This document shows, piece after piece, positions 19,310-29,158 of a stretch of DNA of 64,000 bases. Source of the stretch: Thermoprotei archaeon. Lineage in GTDB: Archaea; Thermoproteota; Thermoprotei; Gearchaeales; Gearchaeaceae. The first letter of the stretch is position 1. Each line of letters starts with the position of its first letter. The notes beneath the pieces were generated by a model that did no database searches, was not told the origin of the DNA, and saw only the letters and a program-made list of their open reading frames with translations. The position numbers were made by a program, and so were the translations under genes. The stretch lies in contig JAFMCU010000003.1 of assembly GCA_017857595.1 (NCBI GenBank), positions 7,403 to 71,402 on the forward strand, given 5' to 3'.

Positions 19310-20118
19310 ACCAATTCAACATATTTTTTCAAAGTAATAGGTTGGAATCCTTTAATGTCATCATTCGCATCTTTTGTCAAATTGAACAATTTTATATTCC
19401 TTTTTTGTTCTTGAATCTTCTTTGCAAATAATTCTAACAATTCTTTTGCAATTCTGAGTTTTATAATTTTTCTTGTTCTATCGAATATTATAGGTTTTGA
19501 GTAGGTGCCAACTTCTTCTGATAGATTCATACCTATTAATGTTATAGATGCAGGATTAAAGCTACCTATAATATAGGCAGCTCTATCTCCATCGGTGAAC
19601 CCACCAAAATTATATACTTTTTCCTTAGGTCTTACTTGCGTTGTACCTATAACTTTATCCAATTTCGGAACATATGTAGCTATTTGTTCTTTGTTATCTC
19701 CATGGGCATGGACAATTACTATGCTTCCTTCTTTAGAACATGCTACTTGTTCTTTAGGAAATCCATCAAGGTCTGTTACAATTAGATCAGGTATATCGTC
19801 CATTATTTCTTGAAAAGCTTTTGTTGCTCCATCGCATGTTACATAAATAACTTTCTTTCTATCTATTTTTTTAACGTTTTCTAAGTCATCAACTATTGAA
19901 GGACCTGCACCTGCAATTATTACATGTTTCTTATAAACAATTGATTCCAATACCTTTGCTTCTAATCCTTTATTTCTAATCAAAACAGATAATAATTCCG
20001 TCGCCCTTGTATCCTCTTGGAATGATAAATTTAACTCCTTTGAAATTTTTTCATATATTTTTAACCATTCTTCTAAATCAATCATATTTTTTAATTTCTC
20101 TGCCATAATTATTCGCAT
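19300..20118 (-). CDS. 6-hydroxymethyl-7,8-dihydropterin pyrophosphokinase, archaeal MptE-like (DUF115)
   Basis: HVIIAGAGPS, LIVTDLDG, VHAHGDN and GFTDGDRA motifs characteristic of DUF115/MptE. Confidence 0.55.
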   Translation of the reverse strand: MRIIMAEKLKNMIDLEEWLKIYEKISKELNLSFQEDTRATELLSVLIRNKGLEAKVLESIVYKKHVIIAGAGPSIVDDLENVKKIDRKKVIYVTCDGATKAFQEIMDDIPDLIVTDLDGFPKEQVACSKEGSIVIVHAHGDNKEQIATYVPKLDKVIGTTQVRPKEKVYNFGGFTDGDRAAYIIGSFNPASITLIGMNLSEEVGTYSKPIIFDRTRKIIKLRIAKELLELFAKKIQEQKRNIKLFNLTKDANDDIKGFQPITLKKYVELVYK

Positions 20119-21010
20119 ATGAATTTATAATATCTACATTTGAATATAATCTATCTATTATTTTTTCTTTAACTTTTATTAAATCTCTTACATAGAACAA
20201 TCCATATATTGTTGGTCCCCATGAACTTTGGCCCACTCCAAATGCACCTAATCCCTTTAGCATATCTATATAATCTTTGAAGATGAAGATGTCTTTTTGT
20301 ACAGAAGAGAAATTCAATCCAACATTAATTTGTAGCTGAGTTAAATTTTTTCCAAAACTTTCTATATCTCTTTCTTTTATAGCGTCTTTCATTCCTTCGA
20401 TTAAGTTTAACATTTTTTCTATTCTATTCTTAGGTGTTATTGGTAATATTTTAAATAGCTCTTCTTCTTCTTTTCCTGATATTCTTTTTACTTTGTAATC
20501 AATAATTAATATAAATCCCCAATCATTCGGAAAATCACATTTGAAAGATAGTTTAGTGACCTCATTTAAATTATTTTTCCCATTATCGATCAGAAATCCA
20601 CCAAAAAGATAAGCACCAATTCCAATTCCTGAAATTTTTCCTATTTCCAATATAGGAGCAATTTCATATGGATCAAATCTAAGATCGTTTGCAATAAATA
20701 ATGCTTCAGAAATAGCTAAGACTGTTTGAGTTGTTGAACCAAGTCCTACATGTTCAGGAATTTCATTTATTAAATTTATTTCTAAATTTTTATTTAATTT
20801 GTAATATTTCAATAATTTTGATAATCTAAATTTTATATCTTCTCTATATACATTAATTTTTAATGAATTTTCTTTTTCATATGCTTCTATGATGGAAAAA
20901 GGGTTGCTTAAAGCTAAACCTACTGAACCGTAAAGATTAAAATCAGAGTTTTTGATATTTATTACTCCAAAATGTAACCTACTAGGTGTTTTTATCCTTA
21001 CCTTTTTCAT
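20078..21010 (-). CDS. GHMP-kinase-fold protein, beta-ribofuranosylaminobenzene 5'-phosphate (RFAP) synthase-like
   Basis: N-terminal TPSRLHFGVINI...GSVGLAL and a GHMP motif EHVGLGSTTQ; 310 aa; in the pterin cluster. Confidence 0.5.
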   Translation of the reverse strand: MKKVRIKTPSRLHFGVINIKNSDFNLYGSVGLALSNPFSIIEAYEKENSLKINVYREDIKFRLSKLLKYYKLNKNLEINLINEIPEHVGLGSTTQTVLAISEALFIANDLRFDPYEIAPILEIGKISGIGIGAYLFGGFLIDNGKNNLNEVTKLSFKCDFPNDWGFILIIDYKVKRISGKEEEELFKILPITPKNRIEKMLNLIEGMKDAIKERDIESFGKNLTQLQINVGLNFSSVQKDIFIFKDYIDMLKGLGAFGVGQSSWGPTIYGLFYVRDLIKVKEKIIDRLYSNVDIINSYANNYGREIKKYD

Positions 21011-21638
21011 ATCTTAGTTCATCTTGAATTTTCAAATCTATTTCAAACATCATATTATCATAGAGAGTATTAGGTGCAACTCTTTTAATCAATCTTTCAT
21101 AATAATCCACTAGAGAGAGTAAATTTTCTAATTCTTCTTGCATATTTAATTCTTTAAACACTCTAACACGTGTGGAATGAATTAAAGCTTCAAGGACAGC
21201 AAATTCAGCACGAGTAATAGGTTTTAAATGAGTTTTCTTTGATACAAAATTAACAATATTCATTATCAATTTTGGTCTTATTTGGTCTTCCTCTATTTCT
21301 TCTAATTGGCATTCTAAATAAAAAAGAGAATCCTTTAATTTTGGTATCTTAAGCGTTCTAGATAAATTGAATGATTTTTCATTTATTTTACCAAAATTTA
21401 CTTCGTAAAAGTATTTCACGTCGTTAAAGATATTTATAACTGCTTGTTTCATTTTTGAGACGTATTCGTATGTCCTTGTATTCTTAAAAGGTTTGATTAT
21501 TAGCTTAAATTTATCATTGAAGGAAAATCCCATATTAGCAGCATGAGGAGATTTTTCAATTGAGTAACAAGTTAGTATTCCTTCATAAATAACATTTGGA
21601 ATAAATATTCGTTTAATTAGTTCTTCAGATTTTTTCAT
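20982..21638 (-). CDS. Hypothetical protein, possibly DUF447/FMN-binding split-barrel (H4MPT-pathway associated)
   Basis: 218 aa; IYEGILTCYSIEKSPHAANMGFSF resembles flavin-binding split-barrel N-termini; co-operonic with the RFAP-synthase-like gene. Confidence 0.25.
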   Translation of the reverse strand: MKKSEELIKRIFIPNVIYEGILTCYSIEKSPHAANMGFSFNDKFKLIIKPFKNTRTYEYVSKMKQAVINIFNDVKYFYEVNFGKINEKSFNLSRTLKIPKLKDSLFYLECQLEEIEEDQIRPKLIMNIVNFVSKKTHLKPITRAEFAVLEALIHSTRVRVFKELNMQEELENLLSLVDYYERLIKRVAPNTLYDNMMFEIDLKIQDELRYEKGKDKNT

Positions 21639-21723
21639 TCAATCATAAATAAATCATGATTATTACTTTTATAGGTTTTGTTTAGCTTAGGTTAATAATA
21701 CTTTAAATATATTTTATAAACCA

Positions 21724-23289
21724 ATGGTACTATTGCTTGTTACAGGAACACTTGCAAAAGATATTGTGGTTGAACAATCAAAACTATGTAAGATTCCTAC
21801 GAAGGTATTAGTTTTAGATTTACCCGTTGCTTCTCTTATGAAACCTCTGTATATATTATACAATATTAAGGACAAAATAACACCAGATATAGATTGCATC
21901 ATGGTTCCTGGTCTTGTACAGGGCGATATAAGAATTATAGAAGAGAAAACGGGAATAAGAACTGTGCGCGGACCAAAAAGTGCCTATGACATATCTTTTA
22001 TCGTTAATAATTTTGGTTTAGAAAACTTATCCAAAGATATACCAGCTTGTACACTTTTCAAAAAAAGAATGAAGGATGAATTGATTCAAAGTTTAGAAAA
22101 GATAGAAAATGATTCCGTTTTGCAATTTCAAGAAGGAAATTATTCTTTGAAGGGTCTAAGTTATGGTATAAGCTTTCCAACAAGAATTATTGCAGAAATA
22201 GTCGATGCACCTTTACTAACGAATGATCACATAAAGGAAATTGTGAATTATTATGTTCAGTCAGGTGCAGATGTGATAGATATTGGTATGTTAGCCACTG
22301 AAGATTCTTCTAAAGAATTGCCAAGAATAATAAACTCAATTAAAAGTGTTACAGACAAACCAATTAGTATTGATTCGATGAATGAAAATGAAATAAATGA
22401 AGCAATAAAACTTGGCATAGACATGGTTATTAGTCTTGATAGGAGTCTATTGAGAAAAGTGGCTATAAGCGAGAACGTTCATTATGTTTTAATACCGATT
22501 GATTTAGAAAGGAAATATTTTCCTAAAGATCCTGAAGAAAGGATATATTTATTAATTCAAATATATGAAGAAGCGAAAAATTTAGGTTTCAGGAACTTAA
22601 TACTAGATCCAATACTCGATTCTCCTTTTTCTCAGTCACTTGTTAAATCCATTGTTTCTTATTTTCTTTTAAGAAATAAATTAAAGAATGTACCAATACT
22701 AATGGGAACAGGAAACATTACCGAGATGATCGATGCTGACTCTACTGGTATGAATGCTCTTCTTGCAGCCATTGCATCAGAACTGAATGCATCTTTTATA
22801 TTAACAACAGAAGTAAGCAACAAGTGTAAATCTACTGTTAAAGAATTGTCGATCGCAAGTAAAATGATGTTTGCAGCAAAGTTAAAAAAGAGCTATCCAA
22901 AAGATTTAGGAGTGGACCTTCTTATTTACAAAGATAAGAAACTTCAAGATGAACCCATAGAAGATGATAAGAATGCAAAGGTTTATTATTGCAATGAGCC
23001 TCTCTCATACATGAATGATCCAAAAGGCTGGTTTAAAGTTTATGTAGATAGAATTAGGAAAGAGGTTGTTGTTCATCATAAACCAAAGTATAATTCGCTT
23101 GAGAGCGATGTTGTAATAAGAGGAACTAGTGTTGAGGGAATTTATAGAACTATCGCTAGCTTAGGCCTTGTATCTAGACTTGATCACGCATCATACATTG
23201 CTGCCGAAGTTCAAAAAGCTTATATTGCTTTAAAAATGAACAGAACCTATATTCAAGATTCTGATATATTAAATAGAGATTACGATTAA
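21724..23289 (+). CDS. Dihydropteroate-synthase-like pterin-binding protein (MptH/MJ0107-like, about 520 aa)
   Basis: Central pterin-binding/DHPS-like segment (VIDIGMLATE...SIDSMNENEINEAIKLGIDMVISLD); 521 aa; divergent from the mptE/RFAP-synthase operon. Confidence 0.5.
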   Translation: MVLLLVTGTLAKDIVVEQSKLCKIPTKVLVLDLPVASLMKPLYILYNIKDKITPDIDCIMVPGLVQGDIRIIEEKTGIRTVRGPKSAYDISFIVNNFGLENLSKDIPACTLFKKRMKDELIQSLEKIENDSVLQFQEGNYSLKGLSYGISFPTRIIAEIVDAPLLTNDHIKEIVNYYVQSGADVIDIGMLATEDSSKELPRIINSIKSVTDKPISIDSMNENEINEAIKLGIDMVISLDRSLLRKVAISENVHYVLIPIDLERKYFPKDPEERIYLLIQIYEEAKNLGFRNLILDPILDSPFSQSLVKSIVSYFLLRNKLKNVPILMGTGNITEMIDADSTGMNALLAAIASELNASFILTTEVSNKCKSTVKELSIASKMMFAAKLKKSYPKDLGVDLLIYKDKKLQDEPIEDDKNAKVYYCNEPLSYMNDPKGWFKVYVDRIRKEVVVHHKPKYNSLESDVVIRGTSVEGIYRTIASLGLVSRLDHASYIAAEVQKAYIALKMNRTYIQDSDILNRDYD

Positions 23290-23383
23290 TCAAATTAATC
23301 ATATAAAAAATGAAAATCGAATTTAATTGATTTAAATATATATATAGTGAAAATATATCACTCTTTTTAATATATTTTTAGAT

Positions 23384-24682
23384 TTGTATATGGCAATCTA
23401 TGCATTAGAACGAAAACAATGGATACAAGTTTTTGCTGCTTGGACAGGATGGTTATTAGATGGTTTTACTACAATAGCATATGCTCTTGTTGCAACGACA
23501 ATTAGTAAAATATTCTTGCCATCTTCTTTACAAACGTTAGGATTAGCGATTATTTTTGCAGGCTTTGCTGTTGAAGCTTTAGCGAGACCGATCGGTTCTT
23601 TAATTTTTGGTAATTATTTAGGAGATAAAATTGGAAGAAAAAATATGTTATCGTTTACAATTTTAGGCTTTTCTATATTTGCTGGTTTAAAAGGTTTATT
23701 ACCTACTTATGATCAAGTTGGATTACTTGCACTTATTCTTTTATATATCGTATTATTCATAGAAGGAATGTTTGCAGGAGCTGAATATGGTGGTGGGACT
23801 GTACTTGCATTAGAAAGTGTCCCTCCAGAAAGTAGGGGATTTATTGGCTCGTTTGTTCAAAGCGGTTTTGGTACTGGATATTTCTTAATTTCATTTATTT
23901 TTGCAGGAATAAGTGCTTTATTTCCAGGTAATTCATTTCAAAATTACGGTTGGAGAATATTCTTTTTAATATTATTCATACCTGGTATAATTGCATTTAT
24001 TTTGCGAGTCTTTGCACACGAATCACCCATCTTTGAAGAGCTTGTAAAACAAAAAGAAATTGAAAAAGTTCCATTATTCCGATTGTTTCGAGAATCTTAC
24101 AAAAGTGTTTTGTATGGCCTTCTTATAACTACAGGACTATTATTCATAAATACTGCTACTTTTTCATTTTACCCAACGATAATGAGTTTATTAGGCTACA
24201 ATAATATTCTAATTGGAACTTATCTAGCCATAATTAACTTTGTATCTTTATTAGGCGTTTGGTTTGGAGGCTTTATATCGAACTACTTAAAAGGGAGAAA
24301 GAAAAGTCTATTGATATATTCAATAATGTTTGTAATCTTGGTAGGACCATTAACATACATTGGCTATACGTCTGTTTCAGAATATCTACTTATTGCATAT
24401 TCTCTACAAGCTTTTTTGGAAGCGATGATATTCGCAACTTTACCTTCATTTTTATCCGAAACGTTCAGCAAAAAATATAGAACGACTGCTGTTGGTTTTA
24501 CATACAATGGAGGAGCTATAGTTGGTTCACTTGCCATTTCAATAATTTTTATTTTAAGTGGAACATTTGGATTATTAACTTCATGGATTTTAATGCTATA
24601 TATTGCATCAATAGTTATGTTAATTGGAATTATTCTTTCAAGAGAAACTTGGACAAGCAAAGAAGATTATATAAAATATTGA
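23384..24682 (+). CDS. MFS transporter
   Basis: 12 predicted TM segments, GDKIGRK loop motif between TM2 and TM3; 432 aa. Confidence 0.7.
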   Translation: MYMAIYALERKQWIQVFAAWTGWLLDGFTTIAYALVATTISKIFLPSSLQTLGLAIIFAGFAVEALARPIGSLIFGNYLGDKIGRKNMLSFTILGFSIFAGLKGLLPTYDQVGLLALILLYIVLFIEGMFAGAEYGGGTVLALESVPPESRGFIGSFVQSGFGTGYFLISFIFAGISALFPGNSFQNYGWRIFFLILFIPGIIAFILRVFAHESPIFEELVKQKEIEKVPLFRLFRESYKSVLYGLLITTGLLFINTATFSFYPTIMSLLGYNNILIGTYLAIINFVSLLGVWFGGFISNYLKGRKKSLLIYSIMFVILVGPLTYIGYTSVSEYLLIAYSLQAFLEAMIFATLPSFLSETFSKKYRTTAVGFTYNGGAIVGSLAISIIFILSGTFGLLTSWILMLYIASIVMLIGIILSRETWTSKEDYIKY

Positions 24683-24683
24683 A

Positions 24684-25613
24684 ATGGGTAAGTATAAGAT
24701 TTATACCCCAGCTGGTCTTTCTAGTTTTTTTGAAGCTTGTATTTTCAATGAGAAAGGTAACATTATAGAAGATCCGAGTATAAAAGGAGCTAGAGGTGGT
24801 GGTTTTACTCTAGAAAAAGGAACAATAACAACAACTACTATCGATGAAAACAATAAAGAAGTTGAGGTATATATAAATGGAAAAAAGGAAAACGCTGTGA
24901 CAACAAAAAATGCTGTTAAGCTTCTTTTAAATTTCCTTAATAAAAAAGATATAGGCGTAAAAGTATACCATAAAATATCTTTACCAATTGGAGCAGGATT
25001 TGGAACAAGTGCATCTGGCGCTCTAGGAGCGATTTTATCTCTATCTTATGAATTGGGTCATCCTATTTCTATCATTAATGCGATCCGATTATCACATATA
25101 GCAGATGTTTTATCCTATACAGGATTGGAAACTGCTGAGGGTTTCGCAACCGGTGGTGTTGTTTTAATCACGGAACCTGGCACCTTTTGGAATGCAGAAG
25201 TTGAAAAGATAGCATATAGTAGAGATATTTTAATCGTTGCTGCTTATTTCGAACCAATTAAAAAAGAATCAATTTTAAAATCTATAGACGCATTAGTTGA
25301 ATTAAACAAGGTTGCTAAAGAAACAATGAAGAATGTATTAAAATATCCTACAGTAGATAATTTACTTAAAGAATCAAGAATTTTCGCAGAAAAATCTGGT
25401 ATAGGAGATAAAGAGATGCTTAAAATTTCTGATGAATTGGTCAAAAACGGTGCTATAGGTGCTACTCAAAACATGATAGGTAGGGCTGTACATTGCGCAG
25501 TTTATAAAAAGACATTATCTAAGATTGTAGATTTACTTAAGCAATATACTGAAAATGTTTATGTTTCGAAAATACATGATGGAGGACCTTTGATTTACTC
25601 ATATTATCAGTAA
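24684..25613 (+). CDS. GHMP-kinase-family protein, possible archaeal pantoate kinase
   Basis: PIGAGFGTSASGALGAI GHMP motif; N-terminal IYTPAGLSSFF resembles the pantoate kinase (COG1829) N-terminus. Confidence 0.4.
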   Translation: MGKYKIYTPAGLSSFFEACIFNEKGNIIEDPSIKGARGGGFTLEKGTITTTTIDENNKEVEVYINGKKENAVTTKNAVKLLLNFLNKKDIGVKVYHKISLPIGAGFGTSASGALGAILSLSYELGHPISIINAIRLSHIADVLSYTGLETAEGFATGGVVLITEPGTFWNAEVEKIAYSRDILIVAAYFEPIKKESILKSIDALVELNKVAKETMKNVLKYPTVDNLLKESRIFAEKSGIGDKEMLKISDELVKNGAIGATQNMIGRAVHCAVYKKTLSKIVDLLKQYTENVYVSKIHDGGPLIYSYYQ

Positions 25614-25934
25614 AACAATGCTTATTATTGGAAATATGAATCCTAACGCATAGAGTATTGGTTCGATGTATTTTTCCAATTTTATCAGACCTATGTCATG
25701 TAAGAAGGCTTTAAATCTGTACATCCCATGATAAATAGCTGAAGCAATAATTATGAATATATATACTTTAAATGCATAACTGCTCAACATTTTAGCTAGT
25801 ATTTGTTGACCCATTGTATTTGAAATTAAAGATGGAACAAATTCAGTTGCAATGATATGTATAGGAATAAATATAGCTGCTAATGTAGATGTTGCAGCAA
25901 ATAAACCCCACATTACAGATTCAAATTTGCTCAT
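25599..25934 (-). CDS. sdhD: Succinate dehydrogenase membrane anchor subunit D
   Basis: 111 aa, 3 TM segments, conserved His; last gene of the sdhABCD operon. Confidence 0.6.
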   Translation of the reverse strand: MSKFESVMWGLFAATSTLAAIFIPIHIIATEFVPSLISNTMGQQILAKMLSSYAFKVYIFIIIASAIYHGMYRFKAFLHDIGLIKLEKYIEPILYALGFIFPIISIVLLII

Positions 25935-25935
25935 T

Positions 25936-26307
25936 TTAATAAAGCCAAATGTAATAAACGATGAAAAATAAAATTATTGATAATAATAACCAAACTACAA
26001 CCATTTCTGAACTGTTTAATGTTTTACTTCCAACTTTTATTGGCTGTGCTTTAGGTAATAATGAAAACCATGTTATACCGTGAATTAGTGCGAATATTAA
26101 GAATACAATTGAAAGAGCTACTTCCAAAGGACCAGAAAATAAATATTGATACATGCTTGTTAAATTAAAATCGAAATAGTAAAGTTTTATTAAAAAGTAA
26201 ATTCCATACAATGCGATAATGAAGCTTGAAAATTCTCTTATTAGTATAAAAGTATATATTGGTCTTTTAAAATATCCAACCTTCTCTTTAATTTTCTTTT
26301 TTTCCAT
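25936..26307 (-). CDS. sdhC: Succinate dehydrogenase cytochrome b subunit C
   Basis: 123 aa, 3 TM segments, His in LIHGITWF. Confidence 0.6.
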   Translation of the reverse strand: MEKKKIKEKVGYFKRPIYTFILIREFSSFIIALYGIYFLIKLYYFDFNLTSMYQYLFSGPLEVALSIVFLIFALIHGITWFSLLPKAQPIKVGSKTLNSSEMVVVWLLLSIILFFIVYYIWLY

Positions 26308-26308
26308 C

Positions 26309-27016
26309 TTAACTAAACAAATTATTTAATGTAGATATTACCTTTAATCTTTGAATATGGAATGAAGGATCTACGCCCTTCGGACATACAACTGTGCATT
26401 GACCTACCATTGAACACATGTAAGCTGAGTTTTTAAGCGATGCTATTTTTATTCTTTCTGATTTTGCTTGATCTCTAGGATCATGCAAATACCTATATAA
26501 TATTGCGAGTGCTGCAGGACCAATAAATTCTTCATCTGAGCCGAATACAGGACATGCTGCATAACATAGCATGCAATTAATACAAGAGCTAGAATGTTTT
26601 ATTAAATCAAGTTGTTCAGGCTTTACTATGTATTCTTTATCTAAATCTTCTTCTTTCTCTCTTATTATGTAAGACTTTACAAACTTTAACTTATCTAAAA
26701 AGATGTCTATGTCTACGACTAAGTCCTTTATAATCGGGAAATTATAAAGAGGCTCGATATAAATTGGTTTCTTTACCGATTCAATTAAAGTTCTACATAC
26801 CAGTGTTGGCTTTTTGTTGACAACCATTCCACAACTTCCACAGGATGCCATTCTACATGAATATCTAAAGCTCAGTGTTCTATCTAAGTAGTCCTTTATG
26901 TAAATGAGGCCAGAAAGTATTGTTGTATCACTTTCATAAGGTACTTTATACTCACTCGTATAAAATACTCCTTTTTCTGGATTATACCTTTTAATTATGA
27001 AAGTTGTTTCTGGCAT
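26309..27016 (-). CDS. sdhB: Succinate dehydrogenase iron-sulfur subunit
   Basis: 2Fe-2S CRMASCGSCG...C, 4Fe-4S CINCMLCYAACP and 3Fe-4S CTVVCPKG motifs. Confidence 0.9.
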   Translation of the reverse strand: MPETTFIIKRYNPEKGVFYTSEYKVPYESDTTILSGLIYIKDYLDRTLSFRYSCRMASCGSCGMVVNKKPTLVCRTLIESVKKPIYIEPLYNFPIIKDLVVDIDIFLDKLKFVKSYIIREKEEDLDKEYIVKPEQLDLIKHSSSCINCMLCYAACPVFGSDEEFIGPAALAILYRYLHDPRDQAKSERIKIASLKNSAYMCSMVGQCTVVCPKGVDPSFHIQRLKVISTLNNLFS

Positions 27017-28765
27017 CTAATACTTCCTCTCAGCAGGTTGCCATTTAGTAATTTTAACGGGTAGATAATCTATTTGTGGTTTCTCTCTAGTTTTATATAC
27101 TAATGTATGTGCAAGATATTCTTTATCATTTCTTTCAGGATAATCTGTTCTATAATGTGCACCTCTTGATTCTTTTCTATACAATGCAGAATAAGCTACA
27201 GCTTCTGCGACATCCAACATAAAGTCTAGTTCTAATATTTCAACAATATCTGTGTTAAATATCATTGTTTTATCACCTGCGCTTACATTTTTAAACATTT
27301 CCTTTAATTTTTCTACTTCTCTACAAGCTTCTAACAGTTCCTTTTCATTTCTTAAAATTCCAACTTTTTCTTCCATTGTTTCCTTTAATTTGTACTTTAT
27401 CTCAGCAGGAGCAATTCCACTTTCTTTCTTTAGTAATTGATCGAATATCCTTTTTTCTTCAATTTGAATATTTTCATAAGCTACATTGCAATAATCATGT
27501 TCAATTGCAAATTTCGCTGCATGTTCACCACTAATTGCACCAAATACTAGGCATTCAGGTAGTGAATTTGAACCTAATCTATTTGCTCCATTAATGCTCA
27601 CACAAGATGCTTCTCCTGCAGCAAATAATCCAGCAACAGGTGTACTAGTATTTAAATCTACATGAACTCCTCCCATGAAATAATGCTGGCCAGGTCTTAC
27701 AGGTATCAATTCATTAACAGGATCTATGCCAACAAATGTCTTTGCAAGTTCCCTTATTTGAGGAAGTTTTTCTTCGATCTTTTCTTCGCCAAGATGTCTA
27801 AGATCCAAAGCAACGTAATCGCCATGTTTTCCTTTAAATCCATTGCCCAATCTTATTTCGTTGACTATGGCTCTAGATATAATATCTCTTGGTCCCAATT
27901 CCATCTTTGTAGGTACGTAGTTTTTAAGGAATCTTTCATATTTGTTATTCAAAAGATATCCGCCTTCTCCTCTTGCAGCTTCACTTATAAGTATACCACT
28001 TCCTGGTAAACAAGTTGGATGAAATTGAACAAATTCCATGTCTTTTAATGGCACTCCTATTCTATATGCAAGAGCCATACCGTCTCCTGTGTTTATAGCT
28101 CCATTCGTTGTGAATTTATATATTTGTCCTGCACCACCTGTAGCAATTATAGCAGCTTTACCTTTCAAAAAGTGAAACGCGCCATCTCTTAAAGATAAAG
28201 CTGTTATTCCGCAAAATCTATTGTTTTCAACTATTATAGAAGTTACAAAATATTCGTCGTATCTAACTATGTTATCATATTTTAGAGAAGTTTGAAATAA
28301 CGTATGCAGTAAATAAAATCCTGTTTTATCTGCAGCATGAATTGTTCTTTTTACGCTCATTCCACCAAACCACCTTACATCAATTTTTCCTTCTTGGTCT
28401 CTATTCCATGGACATCCCCAATGTTCGAGTCTAATTATTTCTCTTGGAGCTAATCTTACGAAAAGTTCTACTGCATCTTGATCTGCTAAAAAATCACTTC
28501 CTTTAATTGTATCATAAGCATGTAAATCAAAGTTGTCATCAGGCTTTATTGCAGCAGCCGCTCCTCCTTCTGCAGATACAGTATGACTTCTCATTGGATA
28601 TACTTTAGAGACAATTGCTACACTTAATTTGGGACTTTTTGACGCAGCTTCTATAGCAGCTCTTAATCCTGCAGCTCCGCCACCAATTACAATTACATCA
28701 TGCGAATATTTATCCACATTATTATAATGTTTTTGTTTAAAATATAGTTGATTAATAAAAGGCAA
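27017..28765 (-). CDS. sdhA: Succinate dehydrogenase flavoprotein subunit. Likely start is GTG at 28717 (M/V-DKYSHDVIVIGGG) rather than ATG at 28765.
   Basis: HDVIVIGGGAAGLRAA FAD motif and RSHTVSAEGG (covalent-FAD His); 582 aa. Confidence 0.9.
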   Translation of the reverse strand: MPFINQLYFKQKHYNNVDKYSHDVIVIGGGAAGLRAAIEAASKSPKLSVAIVSKVYPMRSHTVSAEGGAAAAIKPDDNFDLHAYDTIKGSDFLADQDAVELFVRLAPREIIRLEHWGCPWNRDQEGKIDVRWFGGMSVKRTIHAADKTGFYLLHTLFQTSLKYDNIVRYDEYFVTSIIVENNRFCGITALSLRDGAFHFLKGKAAIIATGGAGQIYKFTTNGAINTGDGMALAYRIGVPLKDMEFVQFHPTCLPGSGILISEAARGEGGYLLNNKYERFLKNYVPTKMELGPRDIISRAIVNEIRLGNGFKGKHGDYVALDLRHLGEEKIEEKLPQIRELAKTFVGIDPVNELIPVRPGQHYFMGGVHVDLNTSTPVAGLFAAGEASCVSINGANRLGSNSLPECLVFGAISGEHAAKFAIEHDYCNVAYENIQIEEKRIFDQLLKKESGIAPAEIKYKLKETMEEKVGILRNEKELLEACREVEKLKEMFKNVSAGDKTMIFNTDIVEILELDFMLDVAEAVAYSALYRKESRGAHYRTDYPERNDKEYLAHTLVYKTREKPQIDYLPVKITKWQPAERKY

Positions 28766-28801
28766 AAGTATATTAACTTCTTGAATAAAATAAAGAATGT
28801 A

Positions 28802-29158
28802 ATGTTTGAATTTATACCTTTAGCTGTTGCACTTGTTATATCAGCAATTGTAGCAGCATTAATCGTTGGAATAAACTATTTATTAATACCTTCTTCACCA
28901 AAAGATGATATGAGGTTTTCACCATATGAATGTGGTGAAGAAGTTATAGGAGAAGCTCAAGTAAGAATGAATGTGCAATATTATGTATACGGTATAGCTT
29001 ATTTGATAACTGACATACTTGCAGTTACAATTATAATATGGGCTTTCTATCAATACAATTTATCCATTTCCAGTATTGTAGCACTTTCATTCTTGGCATT
29101 TTCTATGCTTTTTGGAATCTTATATTCGATTAGAAAGAGGTTGTTAAGATGGGTATAA
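28802..29158 (+). CDS. nuoA: NADH-quinone oxidoreductase subunit A. The ORF as given starts at 28748; internal ATG at 28802 (MFEFIPLAV...) is the more plausible start.
   Basis: SPYECGEE motif and 3 TM segments. Confidence 0.75.
   Translation: MFEFIPLAVALVISAIVAALIVGINYLLIPSSPKDDMRFSPYECGEEVIGEAQVRMNVQYYVYGIAYLITDILAVTIIIWAFYQYNLSISSIVALSFLAFSMLFGILYSIRKRLLRWV

Noticed and set aside
23346-23362. Inverted repeat AGTGAAAATATATCACT upstream of the MFS transporter
   Set aside because: Only 5-bp arms around a TATA-like centre. It is too short to distinguish from chance in about 30% GC DNA. It is noted only as a weak candidate.
24259-25444. ORFs 24259..24480, 24364..24660, 24583..24768 and 25244..25444
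   Set aside because: They are internal or antisense to the MFS transporter and GHMP-kinase genes. They are shadow ORFs.
27252-28009. Plus-strand ORFs inside sdhA (27252..27440, 27662..28009)
   Set aside because: They are antisense to the sdhA FAD-binding frame.
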